Positions 11,557 through 19,962 of a DNA stretch of 32,000 bases are shown piece after piece (positions within the stretch are counted from its first letter, which is position 1; every line of letters begins with the position of its first letter). The notes under the pieces are model-generated. The model had not been told where the DNA came from. It did not search any database and saw only the letters and a program-made list of their open reading frames with translations. The stretch is taken from the NCBI RefSeq assembly GCF_029893085.1, contig NZ_JARXWI010000023.1, forward strand, positions 1-32,000, given 5' to 3'. The position numbers were made by a program, and so were the translations under genes. The DNA is from Parabacteroides sp. PFB2-10. GTDB taxonomy: Bacteria; Bacteroidota; Bacteroidia; Bacteroidales; Tannerellaceae.

Positions 11557-12486
11557 ATGAACGAAGAGAAGCGATATAGAGATTTTGGAGACTTCCTGCG
11601 GGAGTTCTTTCCTTTTAAGGTGCAGAAGATTTCTGTGAATGCGGGATTCACCTGTCCAAACCGGGATGGCACGAAGGGGGTAGGCGGATGCACTTATTGC
11701 AACAACCAGACCTTTAGCCCGGACTATTGCCATACGGAGAAATCGGTTCGGGAACAGTTGGAAGAAGGAATCGCTTTCTTTTCGCGCAAATACCCGGAGA
11801 TGAAATACCTGGCCTACTTTCAGGCCTATACCAATACCTACGACGAACTGGAGACGCTGAAAAGAAAGTATGAAGAGGCGTTGGCCTTTCCGGATGTGGT
11901 GGGGTTGATTATCGGGACACGACCGGATTGTATGCCGGATGAATTACTGAATTATCTGGCGGAACTGTCGAAACATACCTTTGTGATGGTGGAGTATGGG
12001 GTAGAATCGACCCTGGATCGTACGCTTGAACGTATCAACCGGGGACATAGTTGGGAAGAGTCGAAAGAGGCCATACGGCGAACAGCCGACAGGGGCATTT
12101 ATACCGGGGCGCATCTGATCCTGGGACTGCCTGGTGAAGAGCGTGAGGAGATCCTGCATCATGCCGATCTGTTGTCGAATCTGCCACTGACTACCATCAA
12201 ACTGCATCAATTACAACTGATCCGTCAGACGCGCATGGGGCGGGAATACATGGAACACCCCGAGCGGTTCCTTTTGTATACTGCAGAGGAATATGTGGAA
12301 TTGGTGATCGATTTTATAGAACGACTGAACCCCTCTTTTGTGGTGGAACGGTTTGTTTCCCAATCGCCGAAGGAACTATTGATCGCTCCCGACTGGGGAT
12401 GGAAGAATTACCAGTTTACCGCCAAGGTAAACCGCCGCTTGGAAGAGCGGAATACCTGGCAGGGGAGATTGTTTTCCCAGGAGTAA
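11557..12486 (+). CDS. TIGR01212-family radical SAM protein (E. coli YhcC-like)
   Basis: ORF with the family-typical cluster motif FTCPNRDGTKGVGGCTYCN and downstream GLIIGTRPDC, VEYGVES. I prefer the ATG at 11557 (MNEEKRYRDF). The ORF-track start at 11515 lies inside a near-consensus -7 box TATATTTA (11518-11525). Confidence 0.88.
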   Translation: MNEEKRYRDFGDFLREFFPFKVQKISVNAGFTCPNRDGTKGVGGCTYCNNQTFSPDYCHTEKSVREQLEEGIAFFSRKYPEMKYLAYFQAYTNTYDELETLKRKYEEALAFPDVVGLIIGTRPDCMPDELLNYLAELSKHTFVMVEYGVESTLDRTLERINRGHSWEESKEAIRRTADRGIYTGAHLILGLPGEEREEILHHADLLSNLPLTTIKLHQLQLIRQTRMGREYMEHPERFLLYTAEEYVELVIDFIERLNPSFVVERFVSQSPKELLIAPDWGWKNYQFTAKVNRRLEERNTWQGRLFSQE

Positions 12487-12488
12487 AT

Positions 12489-13289
12489 TTATCGAATCGC
12501 TTCCCGGATACGAACTAATTTAACCAAAAGCTCTTCCAGAAGATCCAACTTCAACATATTGGCGCCATCAGATTTGGCTACTGTCGGGTCGGGATGTGTC
12601 TCGATAAAGAGGCCGTCGGCGCCTACGGCGATGGCTGCTTTGGCTACGGTTTCGATCAGGGCAGGAAGGCCGCCGGTAACGCCACTGGTCTGGTTGGGTT
12701 GTTGAAGCGAATGGGTTACGTCCATCACCACCGGAAAACCAAACTGTTGCATCTGAGGAATGCCCCGGCAATCGACCACCAGGTCGGTATATCCGAAGGT
12801 GGTTCCGCGCTCGGTGATCATCACATTATTGTTTCCTGCGTCGACTACCTTTTGTGCGGCAAATTCCATGGCGGCGGGAGAGAGGAATTGCCCCTTTTTA
12901 ATGTTGACGATCTTGCCGGTTTTTGCCGCGGCAATCAATAGATCGGTCTGGCGACACAGGAAGGCCGGTATCTGTAATACATCGACATATTCGGCGGCCA
13001 TAGCGGCTTCCTGATTCTCATGAATGTCGGTTACGGTCGGTATGCCAAACGTTTCATGTACCTTTCGCAAGATCTTAAGCGCTTTTTCATCGCCAATTCC
13101 GGTGAAGGAATCGATACGCGAGCGGTTAGCCTTGCGGTAAGAGCCTTTGAATATATAGGGGATAGAAAGTTTTTCCGTGATATGAAGGATCTTTTCTGCT
13201 ATCTGCAAAGCCATCTCTTCGCCTTCGATCACACATGGACCGGCCATCAGGAAGAAGTTGTCGCTTTTGAAGTTGTCAATTGTCACCAT
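12489..13289 (-). CDS. kdsA: 3-deoxy-8-phosphooctulonate (KDO8P) synthase
   Basis: 266-aa ORF collinear by eye with E. coli KdsA: FKGSYRKANRS, VTDIHE, LQIPAFLCRQTDL, NIKKGQF, DVTHSLQ, FIETHPDP. Confidence 0.95.
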   Translation of the reverse strand: MVTIDNFKSDNFFLMAGPCVIEGEEMALQIAEKILHITEKLSIPYIFKGSYRKANRSRIDSFTGIGDEKALKILRKVHETFGIPTVTDIHENQEAAMAAEYVDVLQIPAFLCRQTDLLIAAAKTGKIVNIKKGQFLSPAAMEFAAQKVVDAGNNNVMITERGTTFGYTDLVVDCRGIPQMQQFGFPVVMDVTHSLQQPNQTSGVTGGLPALIETVAKAAIAVGADGLFIETHPDPTVAKSDGANMLKLDLLEELLVKLVRIREAIR

Positions 13290-13292
13290 GAT

Positions 13293-14216
13293 TCAATATG
13301 TATTATTTAATAGTTTTATTGTTATTTCTATTTTATCCTCCGTGGGAAGCGTGGCATCTATCCAGTGAATTGTATGGCCTCGGCGCTCCATTCCCCGGAA
13401 CCAGGTCATTTGTCGCTTGGCAAACTGGTGGATGGCTATTTCTAATTGGCTGACCATGTCATCGTAGGTGAGCTCGCCGATGATGTATTGCGTGAGGTAT
13501 TTGTATTCCAGACCATAATAAATCAGATCCTCCGGCTGTACGCCTGTTTCGAGTATGCTCTTCACCTCCTCGACCATTCCCTCCTCTAAGCGGGCATGCA
13601 GTCGCCGGGTTATTTTCTTTCGCCGAAGTTCACGGTCGATATCGACTCCGATAATCAGGCTATGCAGCGGATCGTATTCGTTGACATCGGGCGCTTTTGT
13701 GCGGTAATACTCTTCGATTTCGATCGCCCGGATAGCGCGTTGGGCGGAATCGACATCGGTTTTGTTGTGCAATACTTTGTAAGAGGCCAGGATCACCTCC
13801 AGCTCTTCCAGCGACTTCTGTTTCAATGATTCGCGTAAAGGAGGATTTTGCGGAACGTCTAATAGCTTGTAACCCTTGAGTACCGCCTCAATATACATGC
13901 CTGTACCGCCACAAAGCACGGGCAGTTTCCCGCGGCTTTTGATATCCTGATAGGCAGCAAAGAAGTCATGCTGGTATTCAAACAGATTGTATTTGTAGCC
14001 GGGCGGATGGATGTCTATCAGATGGTAGGGGATCTGCTTCCCGTTTACGACGTAATCTGCTAAATCCTTTCCCGTACCGATATCCATGGAGCGGTAGATC
14101 TGTCGGGAGTCGGCGCTGATAATTTCCGTGTCTAAGCGCGCGGCAAGCGCCGCGGCAAAAGGTGTTTTCCCGGATGCCGTTGGGCCTAATAGGGTAATAA
14201 GCTCGTATGGTTCCAT
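13293..14216 (-). CDS. miaA: tRNA dimethylallyltransferase
   Basis: 307-aa ORF. P-loop LLGPTASGKT, then ISADSRQIYRSMDIGTGK, HLID and CGGTGMY. Ends 3 nt before the kdsA start, so an operon is likely. Confidence 0.95.
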   Translation of the reverse strand: MEPYELITLLGPTASGKTPFAAALAARLDTEIISADSRQIYRSMDIGTGKDLADYVVNGKQIPYHLIDIHPPGYKYNLFEYQHDFFAAYQDIKSRGKLPVLCGGTGMYIEAVLKGYKLLDVPQNPPLRESLKQKSLEELEVILASYKVLHNKTDVDSAQRAIRAIEIEEYYRTKAPDVNEYDPLHSLIIGVDIDRELRRKKITRRLHARLEEGMVEEVKSILETGVQPEDLIYYGLEYKYLTQYIIGELTYDDMVSQLEIAIHQFAKRQMTWFRGMERRGHTIHWIDATLPTEDKIEITIKLLNNTY

Positions 14217-14223
14217 TGAGAGA

Positions 14224-14231
14224 CAAAAGTA
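14224..14231 (-). promoter_or_regulatory. Perfect Bacteroidota -7 box (TACTTTTG) 7 nt upstream of the miaA ATG
   Basis: The minus strand reads ccTTACTTTTGtctctcaATG. It matches the established TAnnTTTG consensus. The very short spacing implies a (near-)leaderless transcript, if the box is used. Confidence 0.35.
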
Positions 14232-14265
14232 AGGAAAATTACCGGATTATCCCCCGCCACGTCGA

Positions 14266-16356
14266 CTATACCGGTTGTTCGGCTACAGGCAGTGTAAACC
14301 AGAAGGTTGATCCTTTTCCTTTTTCGGATCTCACACCAACCTGTCCACCCTGGTCTTCAATAAATCGCCGTGTGATGCTCAATCCGAGTCCTACGCCTCG
14401 TTGATAATCGTCGATTTTGTAGAACTGATCGAAGATATGAGCCATTTCCTCCTGACTTAATCCGATGCCGGTGTCTGTTATTTCCACCCTGATATTGCCC
14501 TCTTCGTCTTGTCTGTATGACAGGGAGACGGAGCCTTTCTCGGTGAATTTGTTCGCGTTGTCTAAGAGATGGTAAATCGCTTGTTTGATATGTTTCTTAT
14601 CAACATGGACGAATAGTGAGGGTAGTGATGAGTCGAAATGGAAGTCTATCGTTTCTTTTTTATTAAAGGTAGTCAGGTTGATGGCCGCGCGACAGATCTC
14701 TTTCATATCGACCAGCTCCTTTTCATAAATAATCGGACCGGCTTCGATTTGTGTGAAGTCCAGTATGCTGTCGATCATGTGCAATAGGATCTCATTGTTT
14801 TGTTGCACGATCTCTCCGTATTCACGGGCTTGTTCGCTGGATTCTTTCGACTCTGTCAAGATTTTTGTGAAACCGAGGATGGCATTCATCGGCGTGCGTA
14901 TCTCGTGGCTGATGTTTGATACGAAAGACCTTCTGACCCGGTTGAACTCTCTGTTCTTGATAAGTTCCAGGTCTTTCTCCCGTTGTTCCGAGATATCGGT
15001 CGTAAGGCAAATGATCCTTTCCGGTTTGCCGTTATCATCCTGTTTGTAGGTGCGCAAACAAGTGTATATCCAGTATGTCTTGTCGGCAATAATCATTCGA
15101 TAGGTCTCCTCAAAAGAGGGGATCGCTCCCCGCAGCAACTCCTGAAGATGTTGCCTGAAGGCTTCCGCATCTTCGGGATGTATATATTCAAAATAGGTGG
15201 AGATATTGGCTGCATGTTCTTGTTGGAATCCCGCTAAGCTGTTTTCTTTCTTGTTATCGAGCGAATTGTCGATAATCGCTTTATCGTTTTTAACATCATA
15301 TTCCCAGAAGAAAGCGTTTTGTGCTTCCAGCGCCATTTGCAGTTTGGTCAGATTGGTGTTGATCTCCTCCTTTGTCTTATAATAACCGGTGTCGTTATGC
15401 ACCAGCTGCAGGTATCCGAACACATGGCCGTGCATGTCTTTCAAAGGCGTACACTTTCCGATCAGGCGCATGACTTTTCGGCTGTTGGTCGATTTGTAAT
15501 AGCCGGTTTCGTTTACTCTGTCGAAATAATAGTCGTTTTCAAACACCGTGGGTTCCCCTTTGTGGAGCTTATCAAAAGATTTGGGAGAGATATTGGGGTT
15601 CTCAAACAGGTTGACGCCTAATACCTCCTCTTCTTTTGTGCCTAATAACTGTAAACCGTAGGGATTTATTTTCCGGAGTATACCGTTGTTGTCATATAGT
15701 TCGATGCCGACAGGCAATGTGTCGAATATTAATTGAAAAAGCGTATTGCTCTTGAATGCCTCCAGGGTGGTCTCCTCGATCTCTTTTTGCATATATTCAT
15801 TTTCAATCACAACGGAAAAGATGTTGGCAAAGAAATGCACGTTTTCAATATCTTCTTTCGTCCATTTGTATTTCCGGTTCACGAAATCGATCCCCAGAAA
15901 ACCACAAACGACACCATCCTGATGGATAGAGGTGGTGATCGATGATTTTACATTATTCTCTAATAAAAGGGGTATCTCCGTAAAAGAGATCATAGGCATC
16001 CGGTCGATATCCGAGATAACCGTGTCGATGCCATTCTTTATATTTCCAATCCACAAGGGATATTCTTCTTCGGAATATTTCTTTTGGTGATTGAATTGCT
16101 GATTCAATATGCCGGTGGCATTGGCAACGCCTTTGGCCGTATTCTCATGAATAAAAGAAATGGAGGAGTCATTTTCATTGAAGTACCCGATATATATCCG
16201 GTCGGCATCGAAGAATTCCAATACGTTGGCCAATCCTTTCTTGGCAGCCTCCGACTTTTCACAATCGAGAAATAACTGGAAAATCTCTTTAACGGTTTTA
16301 CTGAGTGAATTGAAAGGCGTGTTCTTGCCGCCAATAATATTTCTGATCAGGCTCAT
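14266..16356 (-). CDS. Cytoplasmic sensor histidine kinase (GAF-like N-domain, two PAS-like regions, HisKA, HATPase_c); no receiver domain
   Basis: H-box SHEIRTPMNAILGF. N-box HLLDNANKFT. G-boxes DTGIGL and GVGLGLSI..GG. No hydrophobic TM segments. I prefer the ATG at 16356 (MSLIRN), because the ORF-track start at 16365 is a TTG. Confidence 0.9.
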   Translation of the reverse strand: MSLIRNIIGGKNTPFNSLSKTVKEIFQLFLDCEKSEAAKKGLANVLEFFDADRIYIGYFNENDSSISFIHENTAKGVANATGILNQQFNHQKKYSEEEYPLWIGNIKNGIDTVISDIDRMPMISFTEIPLLLENNVKSSITTSIHQDGVVCGFLGIDFVNRKYKWTKEDIENVHFFANIFSVVIENEYMQKEIEETTLEAFKSNTLFQLIFDTLPVGIELYDNNGILRKINPYGLQLLGTKEEEVLGVNLFENPNISPKSFDKLHKGEPTVFENDYYFDRVNETGYYKSTNSRKVMRLIGKCTPLKDMHGHVFGYLQLVHNDTGYYKTKEEINTNLTKLQMALEAQNAFFWEYDVKNDKAIIDNSLDNKKENSLAGFQQEHAANISTYFEYIHPEDAEAFRQHLQELLRGAIPSFEETYRMIIADKTYWIYTCLRTYKQDDNGKPERIICLTTDISEQREKDLELIKNREFNRVRRSFVSNISHEIRTPMNAILGFTKILTESKESSEQAREYGEIVQQNNEILLHMIDSILDFTQIEAGPIIYEKELVDMKEICRAAINLTTFNKKETIDFHFDSSLPSLFVHVDKKHIKQAIYHLLDNANKFTEKGSVSLSYRQDEEGNIRVEITDTGIGLSQEEMAHIFDQFYKIDDYQRGVGLGLSITRRFIEDQGGQVGVRSEKGKGSTFWFTLPVAEQPV

Positions 16357-16391
16357 TTCAAGCAATTTATAGGGTTACTATATCCAGAAAG

Positions 16392-16399
16392 CAAATGTA
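16392..16399 (-). promoter_or_regulatory. Perfect -7 box (TACATTTG) 35 nt upstream of the histidine kinase ATG
   Basis: The minus strand reads ttatTACATTTGctttc, located in an AT-rich intergenic region. Confidence 0.4.
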
Positions 16400-16446
16400 A
16401 TAAAAAAGAATAATAATAAATTGTATATAAACGGTTTTAAATAGAA

Positions 16447-16480
16447 TAAAAAAAAGCCGCATTGGTTGATGCGGCTTTTC
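16447..16480 (-). terminator. Rho-independent terminator of gap
   Basis: Minus-strand RNA: GAAAAGCCGCAU-caacca-AUGCGGCUUUU followed by a run of 8 U. It starts about 20 nt after the gap stop codon. Confidence 0.85.
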
Positions 16481-16500
16481 AATGTATATAAGGATATTAA

Positions 16501-17529
<1,029 letters not shown>

Positions 17530-17559
17530 TTATTAAAAATACTGTTTTTGCTTTTACTT

Positions 17560-17652
17560 CTAACATCCACAAGGTGTGGCGCATGAGGTCAATACGAAGA
17601 GCATTAATACAAATACTGCGAAAAGTATTCCTCTACATTTCATCTTGTTCAT
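17560..17652 (-). CDS. Candidate micro-ORF: 30-codon lipoprotein-type signal peptide plus 7-residue Cys-rich tail
   Basis: My own translation (below the ORF-track size cutoff): MNKMKCRGILFAVFVLMLFVLTSCATPCGC*. It has a basic n-region, a hydrophobic core, lipobox L-T-S-C, and mature peptide CATPCGC. A perfect -7 box lies 13 nt upstream. An alternative start is Met4 (17643). Confidence 0.4.
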   Translation of the reverse strand: MNKMKCRGILFAVFVLMLFVLTSCATPCGC

Positions 17653-17665
17653 GATTTTTCGACTG

Positions 17666-17673
17666 CAAAGGTA
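17666..17673 (-). promoter_or_regulatory. Perfect -7 box (TACCTTTG) upstream of the micro-ORF and gap
   Basis: The minus strand reads aacTACCTTTGcagtcgaaaaatcATG. No clear -33 TTTG was found. Confidence 0.35.
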
Positions 17674-17756
17674 GTTATGTTTTTTATAAGTTGTTTCTCC
17701 TGAGAGTAGAAAAATGTGTTTTCTAACATAAATTAATTGTTAAAACTCACTTATTT

Positions 17757-18161
17757 TTACCTGTTTTTCTTTTTGAAGAAGAGACTGCCGATAAGTTTCT
17801 TGGCTCCTTTGATTCCCCAGGTAAGCAGGAATGGTTGCGCCATCTTGAATGCGATAGAAAAAAGTCCGCTACCACCCAGCGCATTTCCATCGCCGTCTGT
17901 AGCGATATTCGGCATGGAAACCTGTTGTGATGAAGGGCTGCGTTTGGCTTTTCCCGGCAACAGGGCAGACGCGGCACTGGCAATGATCAGCCGTCCTGCA
18001 TTCTCATGCAAATAGCTCAGATCGTTGTTTATCTTATGCGCCTGGGCGTCCGTTTCCCGCTTTATAGATTGCTTCTTTTCACGAAGCTGTTCCAGGGGTG
18101 TCTTCTGCACTGCCTTCATTGATTGTTTCACTTGTTTGTACCGGTTCATTCTCTTCATCAT
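17757..18161 (-). CDS. Hypothetical protein, third gene of the YtxH/holin-like cluster (start uncertain)
   Basis: ORF open from 18173 (TTG), with ATG candidates at 18161, 18158, 18149 and 18119. Charged, coiled-coil-like N-half (LEQLREKKQSIKRETDAQAHK), Gly-rich middle, amphipathic basic C-terminus (WGIKGAKKLIGSLFFKKK). I recognise no family. Every candidate start overlaps the upstream gene. Confidence 0.5.
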   Translation of the reverse strand: MMKRMNRYKQVKQSMKAVQKTPLEQLREKKQSIKRETDAQAHKINNDLSYLHENAGRLIIASAASALLPGKAKRSPSSQQVSMPNIATDGDGNALGGSGLFSIAFKMAQPFLLTWGIKGAKKLIGSLFFKKKNR

Positions 18162-18495
18162 CCAGAGCAGCAATAATGCTGTTGGTGAGTTTTCCGGTGA
18201 ACCATTTCTTATTCATAATTAAGATTCCGATAACGAGAAGGTAGATTCCTCCTACAATAGCAATACCTGCACTGGTAGAGTTGAGCCATTCTCCGATCTG
18301 AAACCCTAAAGCCAGAAAAATGAAAAAGGCCGCAAATATACCGAGCACAACTAATGCCAATACATAGGAGAGTGAGGAAATCCATTTCCCCGCTCTCTCA
18401 TATGCTGTTAGTTTCAGGAATTCGACTTTTAGTTCTACAAACGCTGTCAGATCATCTTTCAGCTCTGTGAAAACTTGTCCTAAATCTTTATCCAT
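18079..18495 (-). CDS. Phage-holin-family-like (Holin-X / superfamily III type) two-TM membrane protein
   Basis: 138-aa ORF. N-terminal amphipathic helix (FVELKVEFLKLTAYERAGK), two hydrophobic helices, acidic tail. The pattern is typical of proteins annotated as 'phage holin family protein' next to YtxH genes. Confidence 0.75.
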   Translation of the reverse strand: MDKDLGQVFTELKDDLTAFVELKVEFLKLTAYERAGKWISSLSYVLALVVLGIFAAFFIFLALGFQIGEWLNSTSAGIAIVGGIYLLVIGILIMNKKWFTGKLTNSIIAALDDEENEPVQTSETINEGSAEDTPGTAS

Positions 18496-18504
18496 AAACT
18501 GATG

Positions 18505-18759
18505 TTATTCTTCCGTTGCTCCCTGAGCCGTTTTCAGCATGTCATCTTTATAGTTCTTTGCTGTTTTCAACGCTTCCTGTCCGGATTCTTTTGCTTTAGC
18601 CACGGCTACATTGAATCCTTCTTTTGCTTTTCCTGCCATATCTTTCAGCTCTTCCAACAGCTCTTCGCCTTTATCCGACCCTACTAAATAACCTACAGCA
18701 GCACCTACAGCTACACCAATGGCAAGACCTACTAATAATTTTGAATCTGAACCTTTCAT
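18505..18759 (-). CDS. YtxH-domain protein
   Basis: 84-aa ORF. N-terminal Gly/Ala-rich TM segment (LLVGLAIGVAVGAAVGYLVG) followed by a Lys/Glu/Ala-rich helical region, the hallmark of YtxH-like general-stress proteins. Confidence 0.85.
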   Translation of the reverse strand: MKGSDSKLLVGLAIGVAVGAAVGYLVGSDKGEELLEELKDMAGKAKEGFNVAVAKAKESGQEALKTAKNYKDDMLKTAQGATEE

Positions 18760-18855
18760 AATCTCAATGCTTTAATTGTTTATAATCTATATATTCATAA
18801 CGCTTTTAACTCAATTATAGTTTAAAAGATCTTCTCCTTTTAGTGTTAAAAGACT

Positions 18856-19704
18856 TTAACTTTCAACTTTTACAGCGACCCAGTTATTCTTCTCCGTAAA
18901 AGAGATCAAGCGCAAGCCCTGCTGTTTACATGCCTCTTCGATCAGAGGTATATCCTCGCGGTAGAATCCGCTCATATAAAGCTGTCCGCCGGGTTTCAGG
19001 TTTTGGGCATACGTGGGTATGTCCTGCAACAGGATATTGCGGTTGATATTGGCAAAGATAATATCGAAAGGCGGATAGTCGGCAATCAATTCAGCGCCTC
19101 CGCAGGCCACATCAATCTCTTCCCTTTTATTCAGGCGAATATTTTCCAACGCGTTTTTGAAAGCCCATTCGTCGATATCGATCGCCGTCACCTTCTGTGC
19201 TCCTTTCATAGCGGCCAGAATAGCCAAAACGGCCGTGCCGCATCCCATATCCAATACCTCTTTCCCGGCAAAGTCTATCCCGAGTATCTCTTTGATCATC
19301 AGATAGGTCGTTTCGTGGTTCCCGGTTCCGAAGGCCATTTTGGGATCGATCACAATCGTATAGGTATATCCCGGCTCCTCTTCATGGAAAGAGGCGCGTA
19401 TCAGGCAATCCTGATCGATGCGGATCGGTTTGAAATAATTTTTCTCCCACTCTTCGTTCCAGTCCCGGTCTTTGATCAGCGCCTCTTCGATATGAAAGGT
19501 GACATCAACAAGGGGGAAGGAGCGGAGTTGGTTTTGCAATGCCTCTTTATCGTATAGATTTTCTTTGATATAAGCGAGCAGTCCTTTGTCTGTTTCCGTG
19601 AAGCTTTCAAACCCGACCTCGCCTAATTCCGAGGCCAGTATATCATGAATAATATCTTGAGGAAGAGAGCTTGTATAGGTGATCGTCAGTTCGTAATAAT
19701 TCAT
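18856..19704 (-). CDS. prmA: Ribosomal protein L11 methyltransferase
   Basis: Motifs DPKMAFGTGNHETT and VLDMGCGTAVLAILAAMKGA (SAM binding). I prefer the ATG at 19704 (MNYYELTI), because the ORF-track start at 19743 would lie inside the predicted promoter. Confidence 0.93.
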   Translation of the reverse strand: MNYYELTITYTSSLPQDIIHDILASELGEVGFESFTETDKGLLAYIKENLYDKEALQNQLRSFPLVDVTFHIEEALIKDRDWNEEWEKNYFKPIRIDQDCLIRASFHEEEPGYTYTIVIDPKMAFGTGNHETTYLMIKEILGIDFAGKEVLDMGCGTAVLAILAAMKGAQKVTAIDIDEWAFKNALENIRLNKREEIDVACGGAELIADYPPFDIIFANINRNILLQDIPTYAQNLKPGGQLYMSGFYREDIPLIEEACKQQGLRLISFTEKNNWVAVKVES

Positions 19705-19732
19705 TTGGTTTGTGTATAACGTTTCAGGTGGG

Positions 19733-19762
19733 TAAATATACAATTAATTTATGGTTTACAAA
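19733..19762 (-). promoter_or_regulatory. Putative prmA promoter (-33 TTTG, 18-nt spacer, -7 TATATTTA)
   Basis: The minus strand reads cgTTTGtaaaccataaattaattgTATATTTAccc, 28 nt upstream of ATG 19704. The -7 box has one mismatch to TAnnTTTG. The -33 lies inside the left end of repeat copy 2. Confidence 0.4.
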
Positions 19763-19928
19763 CGTTAAATCCCCCTTTTTCTCTCGAAAAGCGAAATATC
19801 ATTTTGTCAAAATCGCAGGAGTTTTTTTTCGAAATGGCAGGAGTATTTTTACAAACTCCCGGGAGAAACATTTTTTAACGTATCATATTGTAAAGCAAAA
19901 TGGCCATTTTGCTTACATTTTGCTTTTT
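19752..19928 (+). repeat. Structured intergenic repeat element, copy 2 (paired with 11254-11446)
   Basis: Same cores as copy 1, in the same orientation. Left end TGGTTTAC (19752-19759). Right end GTAAAGCAAAATGGCCATTTTGCTTAC (19890-19916), containing an 18-nt perfect palindrome (19895-19912). This is followed by ATTTTGCTTTTT (19917-19928). Confidence 0.75.
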
Positions 19929-19962
19929 AACACTTTTAGAACGAGGGGGTAGCCTATGGCAA

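Noticed and set aside
17737-18015. 92-aa + strand ORF opposite the third gene of the YtxH cluster
   Set aside because: It begins with a poly-Phe/Leu low-complexity stretch encoded by an A/T run and has no recognisable features. It also lies on the opposite strand to a 13-kb co-directional gene block. The minus-strand ORF looks more protein-like.
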